DNA of 54,384 nt from Callorhinchus milii (taxonomy: Eukaryota). The position numbers and the translations under genes were made by a program. How positions within the stretch are numbered: the stretch's first letter is position 1; each line of letters starts with the position of its first letter. The notes beneath the pieces are model-generated. The model saw nothing but the letters and a program-made list of their open reading frames with translations, made no database searches and was not told the DNA's origin. The stretch spans positions 124,001 to 178,384 of the forward strand of contig NW_024704836.1 of assembly GCF_018977255.1 (NCBI RefSeq). Direction: 5' to 3'. Positions 19,929-31,686 of the stretch are shown here, one piece after another.

Positions 19929-22419
19929 TTCCGAATCGGTGAAGATATTCCACAAGAGACAGAGAGAATATCATCAAAAATAAACCACTTTTAGTTTAAA
20001 TATTTCTTGGCCGGGGATGGGTTAGAGCAGAGAGCTCTCGAGAGGGGGAGCGAGCAGTACTACGATGGGGGAGATAGAGAGAGAGAGATAGCACTTGGGG
20101 TTAGAATAGAGAGCTTCAGTTTGGGGGGAATGAGCACCATTAAGTGCTCAAGCTGGAGGGAGATGGTTGGGGTTAGAGTAGAGAACTCCAGTGTGGTGAC
20201 ATGTGGGTGTGGTATGACCTTTACTGCACATAACAAATCTTTCGCTATTGTAACGTACAATTTACCGACTTGCACCGAGTAAGTGCTTCCATGTAGCGAC
20301 GTAGTTCCTTCGTTTATTAAATTCTGATTTTTATTCGCATTTAATTCTTATTCAGTTTTTTTCTCTCTCTCTCGTTGGTTTGAGGCCAGCCTCAAAATGG
20401 CTGTCAGAAGTGGCTTCCGGACGCTGTCAAAATGGCCACCAAAGGGAGTGACTCAAAATAATAATAATCATAATAATCCTTGCACTTGGTATCTGGAGCC
20501 TCAGCACGTCATCGCGACGTCTCAAAACGGTTAAGTGAATTGACTGTACGTTTCGTGGGTGAAACACAGCAGCCGACCGCGCAAAGCGGCGTCCCACAAA
20601 CAGTCGTGGATTGAAGTGACCAAACGGTTGGTCGTAGTTAGCGCTGCAGCTGTTTCTGCCTGTGTCTGTCTCTACCTGTCTTTGTATCTTGTGTCTCTCT
20701 CTGTGCCTGTACGCGTTTGTCTCTACGCGCGTTTGCCTGTGTGTGTGTGTGTGTGTGTGTGGGGTGTGTCTTTGTTTGTCTGTGTCGCTCTCCCTTCTGG
20801 CTCTTTCTGTCTGTATTTCTGTCTGGTTCTGTTTCCACTTGTCTGTCTAGGGCCGGGACCTATGTTTCTGTCTGTACGTGTCTGTAATTGTCTCGTCTGT
20901 CTTTGTTTCTGATTGTCTGCCACCCACCCCCACCCGCTCAAGACACTTGGAAAGATTATGACTCAAATTTCTAAGGCTCTGTTGATGTTGTAGAAAAAGG
21001 GTCGGGCGTGCGGGGGGGGAAAGAATTGGAGCGCTCGGATGTGGTGAGGTTTAGTTGTGGAAAGTTCTGCACTTTGTGCGTGTTTTTAATGTGAGCATTA
21101 AAGTGTTTGCAGACACCTGCTATCTCTCCCTTTCCTCCCCCCACCCCATCTCTCCTCAATCCACCCCGACCTAATACTGCATTCACTCTGCTCTCTGTCT
21201 GCATGTCTGTCTCTCCCTCTCTCTCTGTTTGTGTCTCCCACTCGCGCCTTCTCTATCTCTTTACCGTCTCTTTCCATTTCTCTCTTTATCTCTGTCTTTC
21301 TCTCGCTTACGCCGTAGCTCTCTGTCCTGTCTCGTTCGGTTCTCTTTCCCTCCGTATCTCTCTTTCAGTCTTTCCTTCGCCGTCTCACTCTTGTCACTGT
21401 CCAAAATCAAAATGGAAACAGAAGTCGCTGGGAGCACGCAGCAGGTCACAGGCAGCAGCTTGGGGGAAGAAAAGGAGTTAACCTTTCAGGTTGAAAGCCT
21501 TTCACCTGTTCCGACGAAAGGTTGTCGACCTGAAACGTTAGCTCATTTTCCTCTCTCTCCATAGATGCTGCCTGGCCTGGTGCGTGCTCCCAGCGACTTC
21601 TGTTTTTATCTCCAGATTTCCAGCATCTGCAGTGTTTTGCATTTTCTACAAGAATGTGTCTGCGTCCGCGTCTGCGTGTGTGTGTGTGTCTGTGTGTGTG
21701 TCACAAGATTGGTCTGAGTAAAGGAAGCCCTTCATCGCATCTGATCTATTCCCTTCAGAAGCCCCAACCGACCGTCCCCCCCATCACAGCATCGAACAGC
21801 TGTTTAAATGAGTCCCAGCGTCCAGTCCTCAAACGCACCCTCCTCTTGGTGACCTGCTCCAGTCTTTAATTACCCTCTGGATAAAGATAAACTGATCTCT
21901 GTCCTGAAATTGTCCTTTACATCCCTAAACCTGTGTCCTCTTGTTCTACTGTCATGATGCATCCTAAAGAATTGATCTGGGTGTCTTTATCAATTCCGTT
22001 TAAAATAAGAATCCGTGCATTAGATACAGCGCCTGATCACATCGTCGAGGCGTCTCAAAGTGTTTCACAGGATCTACTGCAAAGTGTGGTGACTGTATAT
22101 TTTGCGGGCGAAACACAGCAATCATTTTCCGCACAGCGACGGTCCCACAAACAGCCGTGGAGCGAGCGACCAATTTTGTTTGGGGGAAATGTTGGCCAGG
22201 TCACCAGAGAGAAATACCTTTTTCTTTTCAAATTGCACCACAGGAGATCTTTAACATTCATCTGAACAGGTCCTCCCCCCTCCCTGGACTGCACTGGAGC
22301 ATCAGCACACACTGTGTGATTCCAGCTCCCAACACGGGGCTTGAACCCACAACCTTGTGTTCAAAAGTCCAGATCCCGATGACTGAGCCACGCTGATACG
22401 TAAGCCTCTGGGTGGAATA

Positions 22420-22590
22420 ATGAGGGACCAGGTTTGCGAGTACTTATACAGATGTGGATTTGTGGAGGGCAGATCAAGTTTGACCAGCTTTACACAGCTA
22501 CTTGAGCTAGTTACGGCAAACGTAGATCAGGGCAATTCTATGGCTGTAGTATATCCAGAATTGAAAAGGTATTTGATAAGGAGTCACGTA
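22420..22590 (+). mobile_element. Highly decayed CR1 RT relic
   Basis: Reads RSSLTSFTQLLELVTANVDQGNSMAVVY, a degenerate version of RSCLTNLLEFFE..VD.G..VDVVY. Confidence 0.55.
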
Positions 22591-22793
22591 TAGATTGATG
22601 AAGAAACAATGCACACAGAGCATAGAGGGAAATGTGATTTGGATTTAGCCGTTGAAGAACAAAAAGCAAAGTCGGGCTCTATTTCATTCACTCTGTGTCT
22701 CTGAGTCTGTCTCAGTCTCTCTGGTTTCTGTCTCCTAGTCTCTATCGCTCGCCATCTATCTGGCTTCTCTTGAGATAGATTTGCACATGATAG

Positions 22794-22826
<33 letters not shown>

Positions 22827-23254
22827 GCCTGAAAGAACCAGAGACAGAGAAACTGAGCTAAAAACAAAGAGACTCTGAGATTGAGACAGAGAGTGAGCCA
22901 AAGGGAGAGATAGACAGAAAGAGGGAGAGACAGACAAAGAGAGCAAAAGTCAGAGAAATCGAGATATATTGAGGGAGAGAGAGAGAGACAGATAATGAAA
23001 TATATATAGCCGGAGAGAGGACACAAGTGGGGATGGAGAGAGAGAATGAGAGGGAGATGGGAGAGAGAGACACACACACACACACAGAGACAGAGGGATG
23101 GAAGAGAGGCCAACAAAGAGACACAGATAGAGGGAGAAACAGATAGAGGAAGAGAAGAAACAATAGAGAAAAAGATAGCCTTGACTGTGACCCCAAAACC
23201 CCACAACATGGAGCTCAGACTCAGAACCTTGAGCCCAGAGCCCGAGCTACAAGC

Positions 23255-23365
23255 CTGACACCTGCTAAACCACAGAGCCAAAACAGCACAGCTCCACACA
23301 ATAACAGGATGTCACCGGCCACACTCAGCACAAATCGCAAAGAGCAGATGTGGGCAGATAGTTTG
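23255..23365. promoter_or_regulatory. Candidate TCR beta enhancer (E-beta-like)
   Basis: CACCTG (23259), AACCACA RUNX (23268), AACAGGATGT ETS (23303), CAGATG (23345) and AGATAG (23356), between C and the inverted V. Motif inference only. Confidence 0.45.
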
Positions 23366-23684
23366 CTGCTGGTTTATCCGACCTCAAATTTCCCTTATGC
23401 TCTGTGCTCTCTAAACTAGGTCAAGGGCTGGTGTCTCCACCCTCCCCCACCCCACCACCACTCTCTCTCTCTGTGTCCCTCGGGGAGATATCTGCCCTCT
23501 GTTGGCCAGTTGGCGTGATGATCTACTCATTCTCGCTCTCACGTTCTGTCTCTCTGTCTACATTGCTTTATTCTGTTGGAGAGTACAGGTGCCAGTGTGA
23601 AGCGGGGAGGGAGGTGGAGTGGCAGGAAGGGTGTGTGAGGAGTGAGGTTTATGAGTGAGCTTTCAGTCAATCTCTCTCACTGTG

Positions 23685-23989
23685 CTTATCTCTGGCTGCG
23701 CAGTAATACACCCCCTCCTGGGGCGCTCTCACCATTGAGATGTTCAGCCGAGATGTTGTCTGACCTTGCGATATGATCTCAAAATTACTCTGCTCGTCCT
23801 TCTCCATAGTCGGTGGGCTCGGATAGTAGGTAAAGCCGATCAGTCTCAGGCCCTCTCCATCTCTCTGCTGGTACCAGAGCATTACATCTTTACTGCTGTC
23901 ATTCTGGTGACAACCCAATAGCACAGAGTCGCTCTCTCTCACCACCGTCCTCGGAGGCCACTGATAGATCAGCTCGGCTGTCCCCCAGC
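23685..23989 (-). CDS. TRBV: Inverted TCR beta V exon downstream of C, apparently functional
   Basis: Open frame WGTAELIYQWP..LGCHQ..MLWYQQ..YYCAARDK with acceptor CCCTCAG. RSS is CACAGTG, 23 nt, TCATAAACC (23684-23646). Confidence 0.93.
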
Positions 23990-24902
23990 CTGAGGGAGAC
24001 ACAAGCATTGAAACAAAAGTGGGACTCGTTGCGAAGGGTAGTGACTTGTGTGTTGTGGGCCAACACGGCAGCCACTTCCAGGCAAACAGCCGTGACGATT
24101 GTATCTGTCGGCCGGGCACTGAGAGATAGACTTCGCCCCTCCCACTCCCACCCCACACATTGGTGGCGGTGGGCGGGGGAGTCGTTGCTGGGGTTTGACC
24201 AGCTTGTATCTCATGGCTTTTCCCCCCATTCTCCATTGTGAGCGCTGCGTGGCAAGTTTCACGCTACACAGACCGCCCCCAAACCAGGGCTTTGGATCAG
24301 GAGCTGATTGGGAAGAATCCTTGACCCCAGTGACCAGTCTGCTCCCCTATAAGTCCTGCTGCCAGACAGGCTGGGACCTGGAGAATTGTGGACCCTCTAG
24401 ACTCAGGAACCGGGTGACCAAGAGAACGAGACACACACATACAGATAGAGAACACACACACATATACATACACATGCAGATAGAGAACACCCACAAAGAT
24501 ACTCACACATATATACACACACACACACACACATATACATACACATGCAGATAGAGAACANNNNNNNNNNNNNNNNNNNNNNNNNNNNNNNNNNNNNNNN
24601 NNNNNNNNNNNNNNNNNNNNNNNNNNNNNNNNNNNNNNNNNNNNNNNNNNNNNNNNNNNNNNNNNNNNNNNNNNNNNNNNNNNNNNNNNNNNNNNNNNNN
24701 NNNNNNNNNNNNNNNNNNNNNNNNNNNNNCACAAACACACAGAGAACACATACAAATACTACATATACACACACACACAGATACACACACATGTACTGAT
24801 AGAGAGACAAATATAGAGCCTGAGACAGAGAGAGGGTGTAATATGAAATCCCAGTGTATTCAGGAGCCTGGGGGGAATTGAGAGATGTTGAGAGATACTC
24901 AC

Positions 24903-24951
24903 AGGGCCAGAGGATGGCGATCAGAGAGACGGTGAGAAAGGACAGACTCAT
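24903..24951 (-). CDS. TRBV: Leader exon of the inverted V (MSLSFLTVSLIAILWP)
   Basis: 49 nt with a GTGAGT donor, phase 1. The intron includes an N gap (24561-24729). Confidence 0.9.
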
Positions 24952-25619
24952 TGTTGGCAGAGACTTGGATTAACATTGGGAACCTCACACCAGAGCTCAC
25001 TTCTCTCCCTCTCTCTCTCTCTCAAACACACACACACACACACACATGCGCACAAACAAATACACTCTCTCTGTGATATGAAACCCCGGCAGAGTGAAGC
25101 CACCAATGACACCAAAGTGTATGAACCACATTACAGATGGACCTCCCACCTCGGCGGACTTTTGTGGGATGTGGAGGGGTGATTCAGTGAGGCCACAGCC
25201 TCCCCCCGGGGGACTGACTGGGAACTGCAGGTGCAAAATTGGTCCCAGAATCAAAGATAAGAGAGAAAAGGACTGAACAGAGCGGGGACTGGGCGAGATG
25301 GAGTGATGGTTGACTGAAACGGACCAGATGAGCGCTCCTGTAAGGATAGAGTCGAAACACAATGACTGTGAGAAACAACTACTTGACCTTTCTCACCGAA
25401 TTACAGAATTTATAACAACCGAAACTCTCCCTGATTAAAAAGTAACTGATCAAATATCTAATCTTCTACTTAGTCACGCTTTATTTACTTACCAGATTGT
25501 TTTCAAGTTGTTATTATTTGACAATCTCAATCAAATCAATTATTGCTTTGGACATTTGTTATCAATATTCAAGTTATTATCCATCCCGTTAAAACACTAC
25601 AAAAAAAGTTAAAACTCTA

Positions 25620-26235
25620 CGCTGTCCTTCCACACTCCCAGGTCAGGGTTAGAGACAAAGTAAAGCTCCTCTACACTGTGCGTCCGTCCACACTCCCAGG
25701 TCAGGGGTAGAGACACAGTAACGCTCCCTCTACACTGTGTGTTCACACTCCCAGGTCAGGGTTAGAGACACAGTAACGCTCCCTCTACACTGTGTGTCCA
25801 CACTCCCAGGTCAGGGTTAGAGACACAGTAAAGCTCCTCTACACTGTGCGTCCACACTCCCAGGTCAGGGTTAGAGACACAGTAAAGCTCCTCTACACTG
25901 TGTGTCCACACTCCCAGGTCAGGGGTAGAGACACAGTAACGCTCCCTCTACACTGTGCGTCCACACTCCCAGGTCAGGGTTAGAGACACAGTAACGCTCC
26001 TCTACACTGTGTGTCCACACTCCCAGGTCAGGGTTAGAGACACAGTAAACCTCCTCTACACTGTGCGTCCACACTCCCAGGTCAGGGTTAGAGACACAGT
26101 AACGCTCCCTCTACACTGTGCGTCCACACTCCCAGGTCAGGGTTAGAGACACAGTAACGCTCCCTCTACACTGTGCGTCCACACTCCCAGGTCAGGGTTA
26201 GAGACACAGTAACGCTCCCTCTACACTGTGCGTCC
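25620..26235. repeat. About 42-43-bp minisatellite
   Basis: Tandem CACTCCCAGGTCAGGGTTAGAGACACAGTAACGCTCCCTCTACACTGTGCGTCCA-type units. Confidence 0.92.
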
Positions 26236-26959
26236 AGGTCAGAGATATAGTCACAGTTAAGGTGGAGAGGTAGGAGGGGGCCGATGGTCGGGCGGGCGTG
26301 GCGAGGACAAGGCTGGAGCCTGCTGAGCGGAGGGAGCGGACAGGTTGTTAAGGGGTTAGCAGGTCGGAGAGGGCGAGGCCATAGAGGGCCTTGAGGATGA
26401 GAATTTTGAACTCCACATTCTCTGAAGGATGGGGAGCCAGTGGAGCCGGGCGAGGGTAGGCGCGATGCGGGGGTCACGAAGGGAGAGGACACGGGTTGCA
26501 GTGTTCTGGATGATCTGCAGCCTGTGGGGAGAGAGGAGTTCGAAAGGCCGACCGCCGAGCAGGGCATTGGCATAGTCGAACCTGGTCGTAACGAGGGTTT
26601 CAACAGCCTGACAAGTGGCTCACGGGGCCATCTTTCCACTGTGCCGTGTACCCAGGACGAAATGGTAAAGTTGCTAAATATTCAATCACAAGTAAACAAG
26701 TTCAATTCAGGCAGTGAATTTTTGGATCAGTGTTTGTGAGGGAAAGACTGTTGATGGTGGAACCACAGCACCACCTGGTGTGAAAGAAGAAAGAACCCGC
26801 ATTTTTAACTCCGAAACGCCTCAAAACACATTGCAGGACTTTACTGTCGAGTATAGTAACTGGGTATTTTCTAACAATCCTTCCATTTGATAAAGGGCCT
26901 TATCTTGTCGACAAACCATCTCAAAGCATTTCACAGGAATTTAAAATAAAATGTAGTGA

Positions 26960-28595
26960 CTGGGCGGTTTGTATGTATGTGTGTGTGTATGTCTATGTAC
27001 GTGTGTGTGTCTCTATGTTTGTATGTGTGTCTCTATGTGTGGTGTCCCTATGTATGTGTGTGTGTCTCTATGTATGTGTGTATGTCTCTATGTATGTGTG
27101 TATGTCTCTATGTATGTGTGTCTCTACATTTGTGTGTGTGTGTGTCTATATGTATGTGTGTGTGTGTCTATGTGCGTGTGTGTCTATGTGTGTGTGTGTG
27201 CCTATGTATGGGTGTGTGTCTCTATGTATGTGTGTCTCCACATTTGTGTGTGTGTCTATATATGTATGTGTGTCTATGCATGTGTGTCTATCTATATGTA
27301 TGTGTCTCTCTATGCATTTGAGTGTGTCTCTATGTACGTGTGTATGTGTCTATGTGTGTGTGTGCCTATGTATGTGTGTGTGTNNNNNNNNNNNNNNNNN
27401 NNNNNNNNNNNNNNNNNNNNNNNNNNNNNNNNNNNNNNNNNNNNNNNNNNNNNNNNNNNNNNNNNNNNNNNNNNNNNNNNNNNNNNNNNNNNNNNNNNNN
27501 NNNNNNNNNNNNNNNNNNNNNNNNNNNNNNNNNNNNNNNNNNNNNNNNNNNNNNNNNNNNNNNNNNNNNNNNNNNNNNNNNNNNNNNNNNNNNNNNNNNN
27601 NNNNNNNNNNAGTGTCTATGTATGTATGTGTCTATATATGTAAGTGTGTGTGTCTATGTATGTATGTGTCTATGTATATATGTCTGTGTCTATGTATATA
27701 TGTCTGTGTATGTGTGTCTATGTATGTGTGCCTATGTATGTGTGTCTCTATGTATGTGTGTGTGTCTCTGTATGTCTCTATATAATAACATAATAATCCT
27801 TGCATATGTGTGTGTCTCTAAATTTGTGTGTGTTTGTCTCTATGCATTTGAGTGTGTCTCTATGTACGTGTGTATGTGTCTATGNNNNNNNNNNNNNNNN
27901 NNNNNNNNNNNNNNNNNNNNNNNNNNNNNNNNNNNNNNNNNNNNNNNNNNNNNNNNNNNNNNNNNNNNNNNNNNNNNNNNNNNNNNNNNNNNNNNNNNNN
28001 NNNNNNNNNNNNNNNNNNNNNNNNNNNNNNATGCATTTGAGTGTGTCTCTATGTACGTGTGTGTGTGTCTATCATGTATCTATGTATGTATGTGTGTGTG
28101 AGTGTCTACGTATGTGTCTATGTATGTAAGTGTGTATGTATGTGTGTCTATGCATGTGTGTGTCTATGTATGTATGTAAGTGTGTGTGCGCCTATGTATG
28201 TATGTGCCTATGTATGTGTCTATGTATGTCTGTGTGTCTATGTGTGTGCGTCTGTGTGTGTCTATGTGTATGCGTCTGTGTGTGTATGTATGTGTTTGTA
28301 TGTGTGTGTTTATCAATNNNNNNNNNNNNNNNNNNNNNNNNNNNNNNNNNNNNNNNNNNNNNNNNNNNNNNNNNNNNNNNNNNNNNNNNNNNNNNNNNNN
28401 NNNNNNNNNNNNNNNNNNNNNNNNNNNNNNNNNNNNNNNNNNNNNNNNNNNNNNNNTATGCATACATATGCATGTATATGTGTATGCATGTATGTGTTTC
28501 TACGTATGCATGTATGTATGTGTCTATGTATGTATGTAAGTGTGTATGTATGTAAGTGTGTATGTATGTATGTGTCCATGTACGTATGTAAGTGT
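26960..28595. repeat. TG/TATG compound microsatellite block with three assembly gaps
   Basis: Low-complexity TGTGTATG repeats; N runs at 27384-27610, 27885-28030 and 28318-28456. Confidence 0.95.
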
Positions 28596-28596
28596 A

Positions 28597-29010
28597 GAAT
28601 CATAGAATCGTACATCACAAAAAGAGGCCATTCGGCCCATCGAGTCTGTGCGGCTCTTTGAAAAGAGCAATGCAATGTCAGTCCCACTCCCCGGCCCTTT
28701 CCCCATAACCCGCCAACCCGTCCGCCTCAAATACCCGTCCACCGCGTCTTTAAAAGTAGTTATCGAATCGGCCTCCACCGCCCTCTCAGGTGACGCCTTC
28801 CAGAATCGAACAACTCGCTGCGTGGAAAAAAAATTCTTCTCCCCTCCCCTCGGCTTCTTTTAGAGACTATTTTGAATCTGTGACCTCGCGTCGCCGACAC
28901 ACCCACCAGTGGGAACAGTTTGTCCCTCTCTAACCCATCAAATCCCCTCGTGGTTTTGAAGACCTCTATCAGGTCTCCTCGTCACCTTCTCTGCTCCAAC
29001 AAGAATAACC
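28597..29010 (-). mobile_element. CR1-type LINE 3' end
   Basis: ORF 28524-28778 reads EADSITTFKDAVDGYL..SRTDSMGRMASF, with a TCTATGAT-like tail. Confidence 0.75.
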
Positions 29011-29189
29011 CTCGTGTGTGTGTGTGTGTGTAATAATAATTATAATAATCCTTGCACTTGACGTGTGGGTACGTGTCCGTGTCTGAGCTGCGCGACCTCC
29101 ACGTTATAATCAACACCGAGTTACCTCTCAGGTTCCCCTCAGAAAAAAGAAGCTGTCGACGTCCATCATCCGCGTCGTCGTCGTCGTCG

Positions 29190-29583
29190 TCCTCGTCAAA
29201 GATGGCGCCGGGCGGGCGGCGTCACCCCCAAAAAAGGCGCCAAAACCAAACCACCAACCGCCAAAACCCCAGGCCCCGGATGTGGCGGTTGGCGGGCGCC
29301 TTTCGAATCCCTTTTTTTTTTCGCGGGCTACCCACAATGCCCCGGGCGCGGCTGTATAAGGCAGCGCTACCCACAATGCCACCGGCGCGGCTCTCCATAT
29401 AAGGCAGCGCTACCCACAGTGCCACCGGCTCGGCTCTCCATATAAGGCAGCGCTACCCACAATGCCACTGGCGCGGCTCTCCATATAAGGCAGCGCTACC
29501 CACAATGCCACCGGCGCGGTTCTCGCTCCCTATAAGTTCCGGCCGTGGCCGTCGTTCGGCCATTTTGTCGCCTGCGGTTTCAG
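29190..29583 (+). promoter_or_regulatory. CpG-rich promoter and first exon of the snoRNA host gene; 43-bp repeat carrying ZNF143-like and CArG motifs
   Basis: Five TACCCACA(A/G)TGCC units, three CCATATAAGG (29395, 29438, 29481), TATAAG at 29531 and YY1-like GCCATTTTG at 29559. CAG|GTGAGT donor after 29583. Confidence 0.65.
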
Positions 29584-29776
29584 GTGAGTGGACATGTCGC
29601 TCTGAGAGAGAGCGAGAGAGAGATGGCGGGTCAAGTCAATCCGGCGCCATCCTCCTCTCCCCGGCCTCACCGGGCCCCGAGTCGTACGGCTTTTCACGCC
29701 TCGGTACCCGATGGTTCTTTAGGCGCTATTATTTCTCCGCGCCCCCCCCCCTCCCGCCCGCCCCGGGGCCTCGGCT

Positions 29777-29860
29777 GTCTCGATGATGATGACCTTTCAC
29801 AGACCTGTACTGATGCAACCGTGATCGAGCCATGTTCCTCCTCAATGGAGCTGATGAGAC
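29777..29860 (+). ncRNA. SNORD25: C/D snoRNA U25 homologue (predicted 18S Gm1490)
   Basis: GTCTC/GAGAC stem, ATGATGA, and guide TCACAGACCTGT-A-CTGA complementary to 18S ACAGGUCUGUGA. Matches recalled human U25. Confidence 0.88.
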
Positions 29861-29889
29861 GAGCTGTGACTCCCGAGAAAGAATTGGGG

Positions 29890-30560
29890 GTGGGTGGGGC
29901 CGGGCACGATTTGGGAATTTTTTTTGAGGGGGGGTGGGAGCTGGAGGCGACCTGGGGGTTGGGGAGGAATGTGTGTGTGGGGTCGGGGAGGGGGGAATGT
30001 GTGTGGGGGATGTGTGTGGGGGGGGCGGGGAGGGGGGAAATGTGTGTGGGGGATGGGGAGGGGGAATTTGGGTGGGGAATGGGAGAGGGGAATGTGTGTG
30101 GGGGGGGGATGGGGAGGGGGGAAATGTGTGTGGGGGGGGCGGGGAGGGGGGAAATGTGTGTGGGGGGGCGGGGAGAGGGGAATGTGTGGGGGGGGCGGGG
30201 AGGGGGGAATTTGGGTGGGGGAATGGGGAGGGGGGAATGTGTGTGGGGGGGCGGGGGAGGGGGATGTGTGTGGGGGGGAGGGGAATGTGTGTGGGGGGGG
30301 GGGAGAGGGGAATGTGTGTGGGGGGGGAGAGAGGGGTGTGTGTATGGGGGGGCGGGGAAAGGGGAATGTGTGTGGGGGGGGAGAGGGTGTGTGTATGGGG
30401 GGGCGGGGAAAGGGGAATGTGTGTGTGTGGGGGGGGCGGGGAAAGGGAATGTGGGGGGGGGGGAGTGTGTGTGTGTGGGGGGGGGGAGAGGGGTGTGTGT
30501 ATGGGGGGGGCGGGGAGGGGGGAATGTGGGGGGGGGAAGAGGAAGCCATGGGTGTGGGGA
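29890..30560. repeat. G-rich degenerate tandem repeat (GGGGAGGGGGAATGTGTGTGGGGG) in host intron 1
   Basis: Dense G-runs. The poly-Pro/Gly ORFs here are artefacts. Confidence 0.9.
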
Positions 30561-31050
30561 GAAGGTTAATTGGTAGGTGATAGCCAGAGGGAGAATTACA
30601 AACTTGGGGGTCAAACACAAGGATTATATTATGCTGGAGGTGGAGAGGGAGGGGGGGGGGGGAGTACGGTCTGTTGGTTGTCGTATTTGTGATCGGCCAC
30701 ACGTGGAAATCCATCACTGTTTAAGGGGTGGGGTTTCTGAGGGAGCCATCGAGTCGGGAGAATGTTTAGGAAGACGACTGCAAAGCGATTAAGCGAATGG
30801 TTCAGAATTATTCACGTGTTTTCTTACATATCCCGTGAAATGTCTATTTAAGAAGCTTCCGCTAAATTAATTGGACTGTCCCTTTGCTTCAGGTGCAGCG
30901 GTGGGAGCCCTTTGGCACAGGTAATTGGTCTTAATACAAATGTAATTTAGCCAAGTAATTTAGATGCTCTGTTGGGATGGGGGTGGGGGGGTGCAGAGTG
31001 GGTGTAAATCATAGTATATCATTGCGTTTTGACGGGGGAGGAGCCGTTTT

Positions 31051-31126
31051 GTGCCACCAAGATGAATTCACCTGAACTCTCTCTTTCTGCATAAACTGTG
31101 TAGAAACTTAATATTCTGAGTGGCAC
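31051..31126 (+). ncRNA. SNORD26: C/D snoRNA U26 homologue
   Basis: GTGCCAC/GTGGCAC stem, a GATGA box C variant, guide TGAACTCTCTCTT (28S AAGAGAGAGUUCA) and terminal ATTCTGAG, as in recalled human U26. Confidence 0.85.
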
Positions 31127-31244
31127 TGGTGACCAGTGGGGATGGGGTGAACACAGATCTGAATGACCCATTTAAATTGCACTTGTAAAGCTGCTCCAGA
31201 TACTCACTGCGGCAGTCGCGTAGTGAACCAACTTGGGGGAGTTT

Positions 31245-31277
<33 letters not shown>

Positions 31278-31686
31278 GCTACAAGACCCTCACGCTCCCC
31301 ACCCTCAGCGGGGCTGGTTCCGGCTGGTCGCACGTTCTTTCAGCCGCTCTGCCCCGAGACTTTGGGGCGCGAAAGGCGCTGTACGGAAACAGAAGCTGTT
31401 CCCTTATAGTTCAGTTGTCATTTACCCCACTGCTGCCTTTTTTGTTAGCCCCAGGTTCGAGCAGTGGTTGGCTGCCATCTCAAGTGAGCTTTGATTTCTT
31501 TTTCAGGTTACTTGTCTGTTGTTGGTGCCAGTTCTCTTGAGGTGAGCACTGAGTAAGCTTTTCGTTTTGTAAACCATGTATAAATTAGCATATAAATTTG
31601 GGTGTTTTTTTTTTGTCGTCCATTTTGAAGCTCTGAACCGGGCATATATAGTCTACAGTCTGCAATCTTCAGTCTGCCGTCCTAAC

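Noticed and set aside
26956-28687. Cys/Val/Met/Tyr-rich ORFs
   Set aside because: These are translations of TG/TATG microsatellites and N gaps.
29128-29425. SLC3A2-like first coding exon head-to-head with the host gene, as in human
   Set aside because: The minus-strand ORFs are VNTR translations with no resemblance to SLC3A2.
29545-30717. Long Pro/Gly/His-rich ORFs (up to 343 aa)
   Set aside because: These are translations of a G-rich low-complexity repeat in an intron.
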